Source of the DNA: Bacillota bacterium
GTDB taxonomy: Bacteria; Bacillota; Sulfobacillia; JAIMAT01
Assembly (NCBI GenBank): GCA_029960955.1
Contig: JASBVS010000002.1
Span: 146,470-210,469 of the forward strand
Direction of reading: 5' to 3'
Length of the DNA: 64,000 nt
Part shown: piece by piece, positions 30,483-41,302 of the stretch
Layout: each line of letters opens with the position of its first letter
Position numbering within the stretch: position 1 is the first letter of the stretch
Position numbers and translations under genes: made by a program
The notes under the pieces: model-generated
What the model was told of the DNA's origin: nothing
Seen by the model: only the letters and a program-made list of their open reading frames with translations
The model's database searches: none

Positions 30483-32306
30483 ATGGGCGTCGGTCCGGGC
30501 GACGATCGGCCGCAGCGGAGCGGAGCGGCGGGGCTCCGGCCCCGTCCCGCGAGGCCCGACGCCGAGCGGTTGCGAGCGCTCCTGGAACGGCTGGACGGGC
30601 GCGGTTACAAGGCTTACCAGAGCCTCTCGGGCAGCTGGTCGCTGGGAGGTTTCACGCTCCACGTCGACCACGTGCAGGGCGATCCCTTCGCCGAGCCCTC
30701 GCGCCTGCGCGTGGAGATGGAGGCCAAGGTCCACGGGCTGCCGCTGGAGCCGCTCCAGTCGCCCGAGGGGCGGGTCGCCACCGCCGACTTCCTCCTGAGG
30801 CAGGTGGTCCGCGTCCTCCAGGCGCGCGGGAGCCGCCGGCGCGGGACGGGCCGCTCGGGGGAGATCCGGGTGGCCGAGCCCGGGCAGTCCTTCCTGCCGC
30901 GGAGCGCCATGGAGATCGACGCCGCGGGCCGTCTCACCTGGCGCTTCCAGGCGGGCCTGCCGGCCGACGGGCGGACCATCCTCGGCCGCCAGGCGGCCAT
31001 CCTTCTTCTCGAGGAGATCCCGGCGCTGGTGCGCGAGGCGCTCCTCTACCGGAGCCTGAACGCGCGCCAGCTGCGCACCTGGCAGGAGACGGCCGCCGAC
31101 CAGGCGGCGGCCCGCCGGCTGATGGAGGCGCGCGGCCTCGTCGCCTTCGTCGCCGAGGGGAGCATCCTGCCGCGCCGCTCGGGGGTGAGCGACCTGCCGC
31201 TGGAGCGCGGGCGGGCGGTCCCCTTCGCGGTGCCCGCGGAGATGGCGCAGAGCTTCCTCCTGCCGCACGCGGGCGAGGTGCGGGGGCTGGCCGTCCCCGA
31301 GGGCGTCACCCTGATCACCGGCGGCGGCTTCCACGGCAAGAGCACGCTGGAGCGGGCGCTGGAGCTGGGCGTCTACGACCACATCCCCGGCGACGGGCGC
31401 GAGCTCTGCCTCACCCGCCGCGACGCGGTCAAGATCCGCGCCGAGGACGGCCGCGCGGTGACGGCGGTGGACATCTCGCCCTTCATCGGGCGGCTGCCCG
31501 GCGGCGTCGAGACGGAGGAGTTCACCACGGAGCTGGCCAGCGGCAGCACCTCCCAGGCGGCCAACATCGCCGAGGCGCTGGAGGCGGGGAGTCGCCTCCT
31601 CCTGATGGACGAGGACACCTGCGCCACCAACTTCATGGTCCGCGACCGGCGCATGCAGCGGCTGATCCCGCGGGAGCAGGAGCCCATCGTCCCCTTCGTC
31701 GACCGGGTCCGCCAGCTGCGCGACGAGCTGGGCGTCTCCACCATCCTGGTGGTGGGAGGCGTGGGCGACTACCTGGACGTGGCCGACCACGTCATCGCCA
31801 TGCGCGAGTTCCGCCCCGCCGTCATCACCGAGGAAGCCCGGCGGCTGACGGAGGAGCTCCCCTCCCAGCGCGAGCCCGAGGCGCCCGGACCGGTCCGCTT
31901 CCGCATCCGCCGCCACCCGCGGCTCGCCGTGCTGGAGGCGGAGGAGCGCCGGCCGGCGAGGATCCGCTCCCAGGAGGTGGACGAGCTCCGCTTCGGCCGC
32001 TGGGAGATCGACCTGGGCGCGGTGGAGCAGGTGGTGGAGGTGACCCAGTCCCGCGCCATCGGCCACATCCTTCGCCTGCTGGCGCGGATGGAGCGGGAGG
32101 GCGCCGGCGGCGCGACGCCGGCCATGCCCGAGCTGCTGGAGGCGGCGGAGGAAGCGCTCCGTAGCGGCGGCTGGCGCTCCCTGGTCGAGCGCCCGGAGGA
32201 GGTGCGCGGCGACTGGGCGCTGCCGCGCCGCTACGAGATCGCCGCCGCCATCAACCGCTTCCGCGGCCTGCACGTCGACGTGGAGCGGCTGCGAGAAACC
32301 TTTTGA
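30483..32306 (+). CDS. ABC-class ATPase domain protein (COG3044-like)
   Basis: HVQGDPFA, GGGFHGKSTL, KIRAEDGR, ASGSTSQAA and LMDEDTCATNFM; start lies between 30450 and 30483. Confidence 0.88.
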   Translation: MGVGPGDDRPQRSGAAGLRPRPARPDAERLRALLERLDGRGYKAYQSLSGSWSLGGFTLHVDHVQGDPFAEPSRLRVEMEAKVHGLPLEPLQSPEGRVATADFLLRQVVRVLQARGSRRRGTGRSGEIRVAEPGQSFLPRSAMEIDAAGRLTWRFQAGLPADGRTILGRQAAILLLEEIPALVREALLYRSLNARQLRTWQETAADQAAARRLMEARGLVAFVAEGSILPRRSGVSDLPLERGRAVPFAVPAEMAQSFLLPHAGEVRGLAVPEGVTLITGGGFHGKSTLERALELGVYDHIPGDGRELCLTRRDAVKIRAEDGRAVTAVDISPFIGRLPGGVETEEFTTELASGSTSQAANIAEALEAGSRLLLMDEDTCATNFMVRDRRMQRLIPREQEPIVPFVDRVRQLRDELGVSTILVVGGVGDYLDVADHVIAMREFRPAVITEEARRLTEELPSQREPEAPGPVRFRIRRHPRLAVLEAEERRPARIRSQEVDELRFGRWEIDLGAVEQVVEVTQSRAIGHILRLLARMEREGAGGATPAMPELLEAAEEALRSGGWRSLVERPEEVRGDWALPRRYEIAAAINRFRGLHVDVERLRETF

Positions 32307-32332
32307 CAAGCCTCCGCGGCCGTCCCTATAAT
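32303..32332 (+). promoter_or_regulatory. Consensus sigmaA promoter upstream of secDF
   Basis: TTGACA-18-TATAAT. Confidence 0.85.
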
Positions 32333-32356
32333 GCACCGTACCCTTCCGGCTGGACG

Positions 32357-32383
32357 CCATGTGCCCGCGGCACATGGATTTTT
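32357..32383 (+). terminator. Intrinsic terminator in the secDF leader
   Basis: CCATGTGCC-cgc-GGCACATGG followed by ATTTTT. Confidence 0.7.
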
Positions 32384-32442
32384 CATGCGGCCGAGACCCG
32401 TGGATCCAAGGGTGGACCGCTTCGGGGGGAAACCCTGCAGGC

Positions 32443-34704
32443 ATGAACCGCCGGACGCGCAATATCGTCTACCTCGTGTCGACCGTCCTCGTCGTCGCCG
32501 CTGCCGCGGTCTACGCACTGGTGCCGCTGCCGTTCAACCAGGAGCGGCCGCTCTGGCAGCGGATCACCCTGGGCCTCGACCTGCAGGGCGGCGTCCACGT
32601 GGTCTACCAGGCCGAGCCCGACAGGCAGCACCCGCTCACCCCCGAGGCGATGTCGAAGGCGCGGCAGATCATCGAGCAGCGCGTCAACGGCCTGGGCGTC
32701 GCCGAGCCGATCATCCAGCAGCAGGGCAACAACCGGATCATCGTCGAGCTCCCCGGCGTGAAGAACCCGGAGCAGGCGATCCGGACGATCGGGCGGACGG
32801 CCAAGCTGGAGTTCCGGGACTACAAGGGGGACGTGATCGTCACCGGCGCCGAGCTGGTCTCGGCCGACCCGGAGATCGACCCCCAGAGCAACCAGCCCGT
32901 GGTGGCGCTCAAGTTCAACGCGCGGGGCGCCAAGGCGTTCGAGAAGGCGACGGCCGCGGCGCTGCCGTACGCCCAGGCCAGCAACGGCTCGGACCCGCGC
33001 GGCCACATCGGCGTCTACCTGGACGACAAGCTCCTGACCAACCCCCAGGTCAGCGCGGTCATCCCCAACGGGCAGGCCATCATCACCGGGTACAGCTCGC
33101 TGGAGCAGGCGAAGAACGACGCCGTCGCGCTCCAGTCCGGCGCGCTCCCCATCCCGCTCAAGATCATCGCCAACCAGACGGTCAGCGCCTCCCTGGGGGC
33201 CGAGTCGCTCCACCGGAGCGTGGTGGCGGGGATCGCCGGCCTCCTCCTGGTCGCCGCCTTCATGCTCCTCTACTACCGGCTGCCGGGCTTCTGGGCGACG
33301 GTGGCGCTCACCATCTACTTCCTGCTGGACCTCCTGGTGCTCCACCTGATCCACGCCACGCTCACGCTGCCGGGCATCGCCGGCCTGATCATGTCGGTGG
33401 GCGTGGCCGTCGACGCCAACGTCATCATCTTCGAGCGGGTCCGCGACGAGCTCCGCCGCGGGCTGACGCTGCGCTCGGCGCTGGAGGCCGGCTTCAAGAA
33501 CGCCTTCCGGGCGATCCTCGACTCCAACGTGACCTCGCTGATCGCGGTGGCCGTCCTCTACTACTTCGGCACCGGCCCGGTCCGCGGCTTCGCGGTCACG
33601 CTGGGGGTCGGCGTCCTGATCAGCATGCTGACCGCGGTCCTGATCACCCGCTACCTCCTGCGCTGGCAGGTGGCCACCGGGATCCACCCGGGCTTCCTGA
33701 TGTTCGGCCACGAGGCGGAGGTGGGCGCGCAGGTGGCGGCGGCGGAGGCGCAGGCCGGCCGCGACCGCAAGAAGAAGGGGCCGGCGGGCGCCGCCGGCGA
33801 GCCCGCCGCGCTGGAGCGGGAGCGCTTCCACTTCCGCTTCATCCAGAAACGCCACATCTGGTTCGCGATCTCCGGCGTCATCCTCCTGGCCACCGTGGTC
33901 TCCCTGACCACCCAGGGGCTCAACTACGGCGTCGACTTCAAGGGCGGCACCCTCTTCGACCTGCGCTTCGCCCACCCGACCAGCGTGGCCGCGGTGCGGA
34001 CCGCCTTCAGCCGCGTCACCCCCGAGGTGACCGTCCGCTCCACCGGCACCGGTGCCGACGAGTACCTGGTCACGGTGCCCACCACCGACCAGGCCGAGCG
34101 GAACCGGATGATCGCCCAGGTCCAGAAGGCGATGGACAACCCGGTCACCGTGCGCAGCGTCAACCAGGTCTCGCCCGTGATCGGACGCGAGCTGGAGCGC
34201 TCGGCCCTCCTGGCCCTCCTGGTCGCCGTCGTCCTCATGCTGGCCTACATCGCCATCCGCTTCGAGTGGCGCTTCGCGGTCGGCGCCGTCGTCGCCGACC
34301 TGCACGACGTGCTGGTCGTGCTGGGGCTCTTCACCCTCTTCCGGCTGCCGGTCGACACCTACTTCATCCCGGCCATCCTCACCGTCTTCGGCTACTCGAT
34401 CACCGACACCATCGTCATCTACGACCGCGTGCGCGAGAACCTGCGCGACCGGCGGCGCGAGTCGCTGCAGGAGCTGGTGGAGCGGTCGCTCAACCAGGTG
34501 CTCGTCCGCTCCATCAACACCACCATGACCACGCTCCTGGCCATCGCCGCCGTCGTCGTCTTCGGCGGCGTCACCATCCGCGACATGACGCTGGCCCTCC
34601 TGGTGGGCATCGCCACCGGCGCCTACTCCTCCATCGGCGTGGCCAGCCCGCTCTACTGGCTGCTGGCGCGCAGGAAGGAGCAGGCCCTGGCGAAGGCGGC
34701 CTGA
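32443..34704 (+). CDS. secDF: Fused protein translocase subunit SecDF
   Basis: LGLDLQGG, GVAEP, AVDANVIIFERV, GVDFKGG, GYSITDTIVIYDRVREN and RSINT. Confidence 0.96.
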   Translation: MNRRTRNIVYLVSTVLVVAAAAVYALVPLPFNQERPLWQRITLGLDLQGGVHVVYQAEPDRQHPLTPEAMSKARQIIEQRVNGLGVAEPIIQQQGNNRIIVELPGVKNPEQAIRTIGRTAKLEFRDYKGDVIVTGAELVSADPEIDPQSNQPVVALKFNARGAKAFEKATAAALPYAQASNGSDPRGHIGVYLDDKLLTNPQVSAVIPNGQAIITGYSSLEQAKNDAVALQSGALPIPLKIIANQTVSASLGAESLHRSVVAGIAGLLLVAAFMLLYYRLPGFWATVALTIYFLLDLLVLHLIHATLTLPGIAGLIMSVGVAVDANVIIFERVRDELRRGLTLRSALEAGFKNAFRAILDSNVTSLIAVAVLYYFGTGPVRGFAVTLGVGVLISMLTAVLITRYLLRWQVATGIHPGFLMFGHEAEVGAQVAAAEAQAGRDRKKKGPAGAAGEPAALERERFHFRFIQKRHIWFAISGVILLATVVSLTTQGLNYGVDFKGGTLFDLRFAHPTSVAAVRTAFSRVTPEVTVRSTGTGADEYLVTVPTTDQAERNRMIAQVQKAMDNPVTVRSVNQVSPVIGRELERSALLALLVAVVLMLAYIAIRFEWRFAVGAVVADLHDVLVVLGLFTLFRLPVDTYFIPAILTVFGYSITDTIVIYDRVRENLRDRRRESLQELVERSLNQVLVRSINTTMTTLLAIAAVVVFGGVTIRDMTLALLVGIATGAYSSIGVASPLYWLLARRKEQALAKAA

Positions 34705-34741
34705 GCGGCGCCCGGCCCCCCACGCCGCCGACCCCTTCCTG

Positions 34742-34771
34742 GCATAGAGGACCAGCCCCGGGAGCAGACTA
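34742..34771 (+). promoter_or_regulatory. Putative forespore (sigmaG/sigmaF) promoter
   Basis: GCATA-18-CAGACTA against the B. subtilis sigmaG consensus GHATR-18-CATAHTA (1 mismatch). Confidence 0.55.
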
Positions 34772-34794
34772 GGCTCCCGGGGAGGTCTTCCGGG

Positions 34795-36198
34795 ATGGCG
34801 ATGCGCGAGCCGGTCCGTCACGCCGGCAACGAGCCGCTCTACCAGGCCGTCGAGCTTTCCGTCCTGGCGCGGCGCTGGGGCGTTCCGCTCCATCTCCACG
34901 CGCAGGGGCTGCGCGGCACGGGGAAGACGACGGTGCTGCGCGCGGCGCGCCCGCTTCTTCCGCCTATACGGCGGATCCGCGGCTGCCTCTTCAACTGCGA
35001 CCCCCGGCGACCCCATTGCCCCGAGCACCGGGGCCTCGAGCCGGAGCGGCTGGAAGCGATCGGTAGCGAGGAGGTGCCGACGCCCTTCCTGGAGATCTCG
35101 GCCTCGGCCAAGATCGGCACCGTGGTCGGGACCATCGACCTCGGGCGCCTGGCGGCCGACCGGCCGGCGCTCCTGCCGGGCACCATCGCCCAGGCCCACC
35201 GCGGCATCCTCTTCATCGACGAGATCAACCGCCTGGCCGACGTCGCCCCGGAGCTGGCCGACGTCCTCCTGGACGTGATGGGCACGCGCCCCGGCCGCCT
35301 CCAGATCGAGGAAGCGGGCCTGCCGCGGGTGGAGCTCCCGGTCAACGTGACCGTCTGGGCCGCCTCCAACCCCGACGAGGAGCCGGGGCCGCTGGAGGAG
35401 GTCCGCCGCCAGCTGGCCGACCGCTTCGACCTGCTGGTCCACATGGGGCGCCCGTCCGACCCGGGCGCGGTGGAGGCGATCCTGCGCCGCGACCCCCTGG
35501 CCGAGGCGGCAGCCGGGGGCGCGTCGCCGGCGGAGGCGGCGGCCGGGGCGGGCGGCGAGGCCTTCGCGCCGCTGCGCGCCGCCCTCGGCCGCGAGAGCGT
35601 GCCCGCGCCGGACGGTTGGCTGCGCTCGCTCCTCGCCGCCGTCTACACCCGCTTCGGCCTGGAGAGCCTGCGCACCGTCGAGGCCTGGCAGCTGGCGGCG
35701 CGGCTGGAGGCGCTGCGGCGGGGCCGCCCCCGGGTGGAGGGCGACGAGCTGCTGGCGACGCTCCCGCTCGTCCTCTCCGGGCGCATGAGCCCGGAGGAGC
35801 AGGTGGAGGTGGCCCGCTTCCTGCGCGAGCCGGCGCTCCTGGAGGAGCCCTTGCGCCGGGCGGCGCCGGCGGGGAGGGCGGAGGAGCCGCGCGCGGAGGC
35901 GTCCCGGCCGGGCGCCGGCGGTCCGGCGGCGGCTCCGGCCGGGACGCCCGGCGAAGCCGCGGCCGGGGAGGAGGGCTGGCTGCGCCGCATGCTCGGCCGC
36001 CTCGGCGGCGGCCAGCCCGCCGAGGCCGGCCTCTCCTCCGCCGCCGCGAGCCCGGCGGCCTCCGGCGGGCCGGGTGGCGGCGGGGAGGCGGCCTCCCGCC
36101 AGGGGCTTCCGCCGGCCTGGGCGCCGCCCGGGCGGGCGCGCCCCTGGCACCTCGTGCCGCCCGACGAACGCTTCCGCGAGGCGCGCCCGGAGCCTTGA
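34795..36198 (+). CDS. AAA+ ATPase, Mg/Co-chelatase subunit I-like
   Basis: Walker A GLRGTGKTT, CLFNCDP...CPEH, Walker B LFIDEINRL, ASNP and QLADRFD. Confidence 0.85.
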   Translation: MAMREPVRHAGNEPLYQAVELSVLARRWGVPLHLHAQGLRGTGKTTVLRAARPLLPPIRRIRGCLFNCDPRRPHCPEHRGLEPERLEAIGSEEVPTPFLEISASAKIGTVVGTIDLGRLAADRPALLPGTIAQAHRGILFIDEINRLADVAPELADVLLDVMGTRPGRLQIEEAGLPRVELPVNVTVWAASNPDEEPGPLEEVRRQLADRFDLLVHMGRPSDPGAVEAILRRDPLAEAAAGGASPAEAAAGAGGEAFAPLRAALGRESVPAPDGWLRSLLAAVYTRFGLESLRTVEAWQLAARLEALRRGRPRVEGDELLATLPLVLSGRMSPEEQVEVARFLREPALLEEPLRRAAPAGRAEEPRAEASRPGAGGPAAAPAGTPGEAAAGEEGWLRRMLGRLGGGQPAEAGLSSAAASPAASGGPGGGGEAASRQGLPPAWAPPGRARPWHLVPPDERFREARPEP

Positions 36199-37751
36199 GA
36201 CTCCTCCCCTGGCGCCCGGCCGACGGCGCGACGGCCCTGCGGGCGGAGCTCGAGCGGGCGGTGGCGCGGCTCGAGCGGGGGAAGGCGCTGGCCGTGGGCG
36301 ACGCCTGCGTGGTCAGCGGCTGCGTCCACGTCCTCCGCGCCGACCGCCCCGCCACCGTCTTCGTCCTGACCGCGCAGGACGCCGGGCGGACGCTCTACGG
36401 GCAGCGGCGGCCGGGCCGGATCTGGCATCTCGACTTCTTCCACGCCGTCGCCGCCGTCGACCCGCGCAGGGTGGCGCCCTTTCTCCTGCCGCTCTTCGCC
36501 CGGCCGGAGCTGGTGGACATCCAGACCGGGGCGGGCGGCGGGCGGCTGACGGGGCGCCTCGCCTACGGGCGGGGGGAGGTCCTGCGCGCCTCGCACCGCA
36601 ACCACGTCCACCTGGCCTTCCACCGGGGCGCCTTCGCCGGCGCGCCCGACCTGGTCGGCCTCGTCCTGGCGCTGGAGCGCGCGCTGGCCGCGCTGGGCGT
36701 CGAGCCGCGGCGCGTCGACGAGCTGGTGGAGCTCTTCCGCCCGCAGGGCTCCCTGCTCCCGCTCGACGACTACCGGGACGCCTCCGACTCGCTCCTGCGC
36801 GATCCGGAGGAGGAGGCGGGAGCAGGCCGCGGCTCCGCCTGCGGGGGCGACGGTACGGCGGAGGAGGCCGCGCGGCTCGCCCCGTCGCGGGAAGCGCCGG
36901 CGGCCGCCTCCGCTCGCCCGCTCCCGCCGCCCTCCCCTGCCGCCGCCGGCGCCGGGCCGATCGCCCGCGGCCTCGAGCGGGAGCTGCGCAGGCCGCCCGC
37001 CTCGCCCGGGCGGACCGGCGCCGCCGGCGCGCGCCTCGTGCGCGGCCGCGCCGCTCCCGGAGCCGTCCGGCGCGACGAGCCGCTGCTGGGCTCGCGCGGC
37101 TGGCAGCAGCTCGACCTGGCCGCCACGGCCGCCCGCGCCTGGGCCGGGGGCCCGCCGCGCGCGCCCCGCGACCTGCTGCGCCACCTGCGCGTCCTGCCGA
37201 GGCGTCGCCGGGGCGCGCTCGACGTCTGCCTGCTCCTCGACGCCAGCGCCTCCATGGCCGGGCCGCGCATGGAGGCGGCGCGGCGGCTCGTCCGCCACCT
37301 GGTGCTCAGGACGCGCGACCGCGTCGCCGTCATCGTCTTCCAGGACCGGACGAGCCGTGTCCACGTCGGTTTCACGCGGCGCTGGCGGATCCTGGCCGAG
37401 AGCCTGGAGGCCGTCCACCCCAGCGGGCTGACGCCGCTGGCCGACGGCCTGGCGGCGGCCGCAGCCTACGCCGGCGCCCGCGCGCGCAGAAGGACGCTCC
37501 TGCTCCTCCTCACCGACGGCATTCCCACGGTGCCGCGCAGCACGCTCAACCCGCTGCAGGACGCGGTGGAGGCGGCGCGGGAGATCCGCCGGCGCCGCCT
37601 GGCCTTCGCCTGTGTCGGCCTGGCACCCAACGAGGGCTACCTGCGCCAGCTCTGCGAGGCGGCCGGCGGCCGGCTCTACGTCCTGCCCGAGCTGGAGAGC
37701 GGCGCCCTGGTCCGCATCGCCGAGAGCGAGCGCCAGCGCGTCATCCGCTGA
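36195..37751 (+). CDS. VWA domain protein (ChlD-like C-terminus) with an unknown His-rich N-terminal domain
   Basis: MIDAS DASASM, GLTPLA and LLTDG; TTG start overlaps the upstream TGA. Confidence 0.82.
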   Translation: MRLLPWRPADGATALRAELERAVARLERGKALAVGDACVVSGCVHVLRADRPATVFVLTAQDAGRTLYGQRRPGRIWHLDFFHAVAAVDPRRVAPFLLPLFARPELVDIQTGAGGGRLTGRLAYGRGEVLRASHRNHVHLAFHRGAFAGAPDLVGLVLALERALAALGVEPRRVDELVELFRPQGSLLPLDDYRDASDSLLRDPEEEAGAGRGSACGGDGTAEEAARLAPSREAPAAASARPLPPPSPAAAGAGPIARGLERELRRPPASPGRTGAAGARLVRGRAAPGAVRRDEPLLGSRGWQQLDLAATAARAWAGGPPRAPRDLLRHLRVLPRRRRGALDVCLLLDASASMAGPRMEAARRLVRHLVLRTRDRVAVIVFQDRTSRVHVGFTRRWRILAESLEAVHPSGLTPLADGLAAAAAYAGARARRRTLLLLLTDGIPTVPRSTLNPLQDAVEAAREIRRRRLAFACVGLAPNEGYLRQLCEAAGGRLYVLPELESGALVRIAESERQRVIR

Positions 37752-37907
37752 GCGGGGGCGGCCGCCGCCGGGGTAGCGGGCGGACGCGCCGCCGCCCCGC
37801 TTCCTGCCCGTCCAGCAGGCGCCCCGGGGCCGGTGCTATATTGTAGGGAAAGGTCGATGCGGCGCTGGAGACAGAGAGCGGCCGCGTCGAGAACGGAGTG
37901 GACCGAC

Positions 37908-40118
<2,211 letters not shown>

Positions 40119-40120
40119 AG

Positions 40121-40570
40121 GTGCGGGCGGTGGTGCAGAGGGTCTCGCGCGCGGAGGTGCGCGTGGCGGGGGAGAGGGTGGGCGCCATCGGCAGGGGCTT
40201 CCTGGTGCTGGTCGGCGTCCGGCGGGGCGACGGCAGCCGCGAAGCGGCCTACATGGCGGAGAAGATCCTCAACCTGCGCCTCTTCCCCGACGAGGAAGGA
40301 CGACTCAACCGCTCGATCCGCGAGAGCGGCGGGAGCCTCCTGGTCGTCTCCCAGTTCACCCTCTACGGCGACGCCCGCCGCGGCCGGCGGCCGAGCTTCA
40401 GCGAGGCCGCGCCCGCCGCCGAGGCCGAGCCGGTCTTCCGCGAGCTGGTGGAGCGGCTGGCCGCCGGCGGCGTCGAGGTGGCCACCGGCCGCTACCAGGC
40501 CGAGATGAGCGTCGAGCTGGTCAACGAGGGCCCCGTCACCCTGCTCCTCGACAGCGACCGCCTCTTCTGA
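40121..40570 (+). CDS. dtd: D-aminoacyl-tRNA deacylase
   Basis: RAVVQRVS, VSQFTLYG and NEGPVT. Confidence 0.96.
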   Translation: MRAVVQRVSRAEVRVAGERVGAIGRGFLVLVGVRRGDGSREAAYMAEKILNLRLFPDEEGRLNRSIRESGGSLLVVSQFTLYGDARRGRRPSFSEAAPAAEAEPVFRELVERLAAGGVEVATGRYQAEMSVELVNEGPVTLLLDSDRLF

Positions 40571-40599
40571 CCGCCTTTTCTGGCCTCCCCTTCCGGGCG

Positions 40600-40628
40600 G
40601 CATAGCCGCTCGCGCGGACGAATATGTT
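40600..40628 (+). promoter_or_regulatory. Putative sigmaE-type sporulation promoter
   Basis: GCATAGC-14-AATATGTT resembles the ATA-containing -35 and mATAnnnT -10. Confidence 0.4.
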
Positions 40629-40653
40629 CCGTGAGCGAAGGGGGGGTCAAGTC

Positions 40654-41148
40654 ATGGCGGCAGGCAGGGCCGGGGTGGCCCGCCGCGCGCGGCCCGCGGC
40701 GGTGGCGGTCGCGGCCGCGCTGGCGCTGGCGCTGGCAGGCTGCGGCGGGGGCGGGAGCGCCTCCAACGACCGGGCGACCCTGGACCAGCTCGCGCAGCGG
40801 GTGACACACCTCGAGCAGCAGGTCGCCGACCTGGAGGCCGCGGTGGTCGCCTCGGCGCCGGCGCCCGCGGCGGGCGACACGTCCGGCCAGAGCGGCTCGC
40901 AGTCCGGCGCGCAGGCCGGCAGCTCCGGCAGCGGCACGGCCGCCGCGCAGCAGGCGACCGTCACCACCGACTTCCTGAACGTGCGCGCGGACCCCGACCA
41001 GAACTCCACCCAGATCGGGCAGCTGCGCAAGGGAACCGTCGTGGAGGTGCTCGGCCAGAAGAACGGCTGGTCGCACGTGGTGCTGAAGCAGGGGGGCAAC
41101 GTGGTGGTCGACGGCTGGGTCTCCAGCGAGTACCTGGAGCCGCAGTGA
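40654..41148 (+). CDS. Lipoprotein with coiled coil and C-terminal SH3b domain
   Basis: Lipobox LAGC; LNVRADP...IGQLRKG...GWSHV...GWVSSEYL. Confidence 0.85.
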   Translation: MAAGRAGVARRARPAAVAVAAALALALAGCGGGGSASNDRATLDQLAQRVTHLEQQVADLEAAVVASAPAPAAGDTSGQSGSQSGAQAGSSGSGTAAAQQATVTTDFLNVRADPDQNSTQIGQLRKGTVVEVLGQKNGWSHVVLKQGGNVVVDGWVSSEYLEPQ

Positions 41149-41193
41149 TCCGGACGCCGCCGGCTCCGGCGGGCGGGGCGCCGGAAAGAAGGG

Positions 41194-41222
41194 GCGAGGG
41201 AGCGGCCGCGCCGCTCCCTCGC
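41194..41222. terminator. Hairpin between convergent genes, likely bidirectional terminator
   Basis: 13-bp stem GCGAGGGAGCGGC/GCCGCTCCCTCGC with a pyrimidine tract on the minus strand. Confidence 0.6.
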
Positions 41223-41302
41223 TCGCTTCGCCAGCCGGGCCTCCCGGGCGGGGGCGCCCGCGTCCCCTGCGGGTCCCGGGCCCGCGGACGGCCGCCGCGC
41301 TC

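Noticed and set aside
32408..32420. AAGGGTGGACCGC resembles the T-box sequence
   Set aside because: It lacks the variable base of GGTGGNACC, has no Stem I, lies downstream of the terminator, and secDF is not an amino-acid gene.
32383..36150. Very long antisense and alternate-frame ORFs (e.g. 32383-36150 minus, 54764-57835 minus, 11531-14071 plus)
   Set aside because: These are shadow ORFs caused by high GC and scarce stop codons. They overlap well-supported genes and carry no recognisable motifs.
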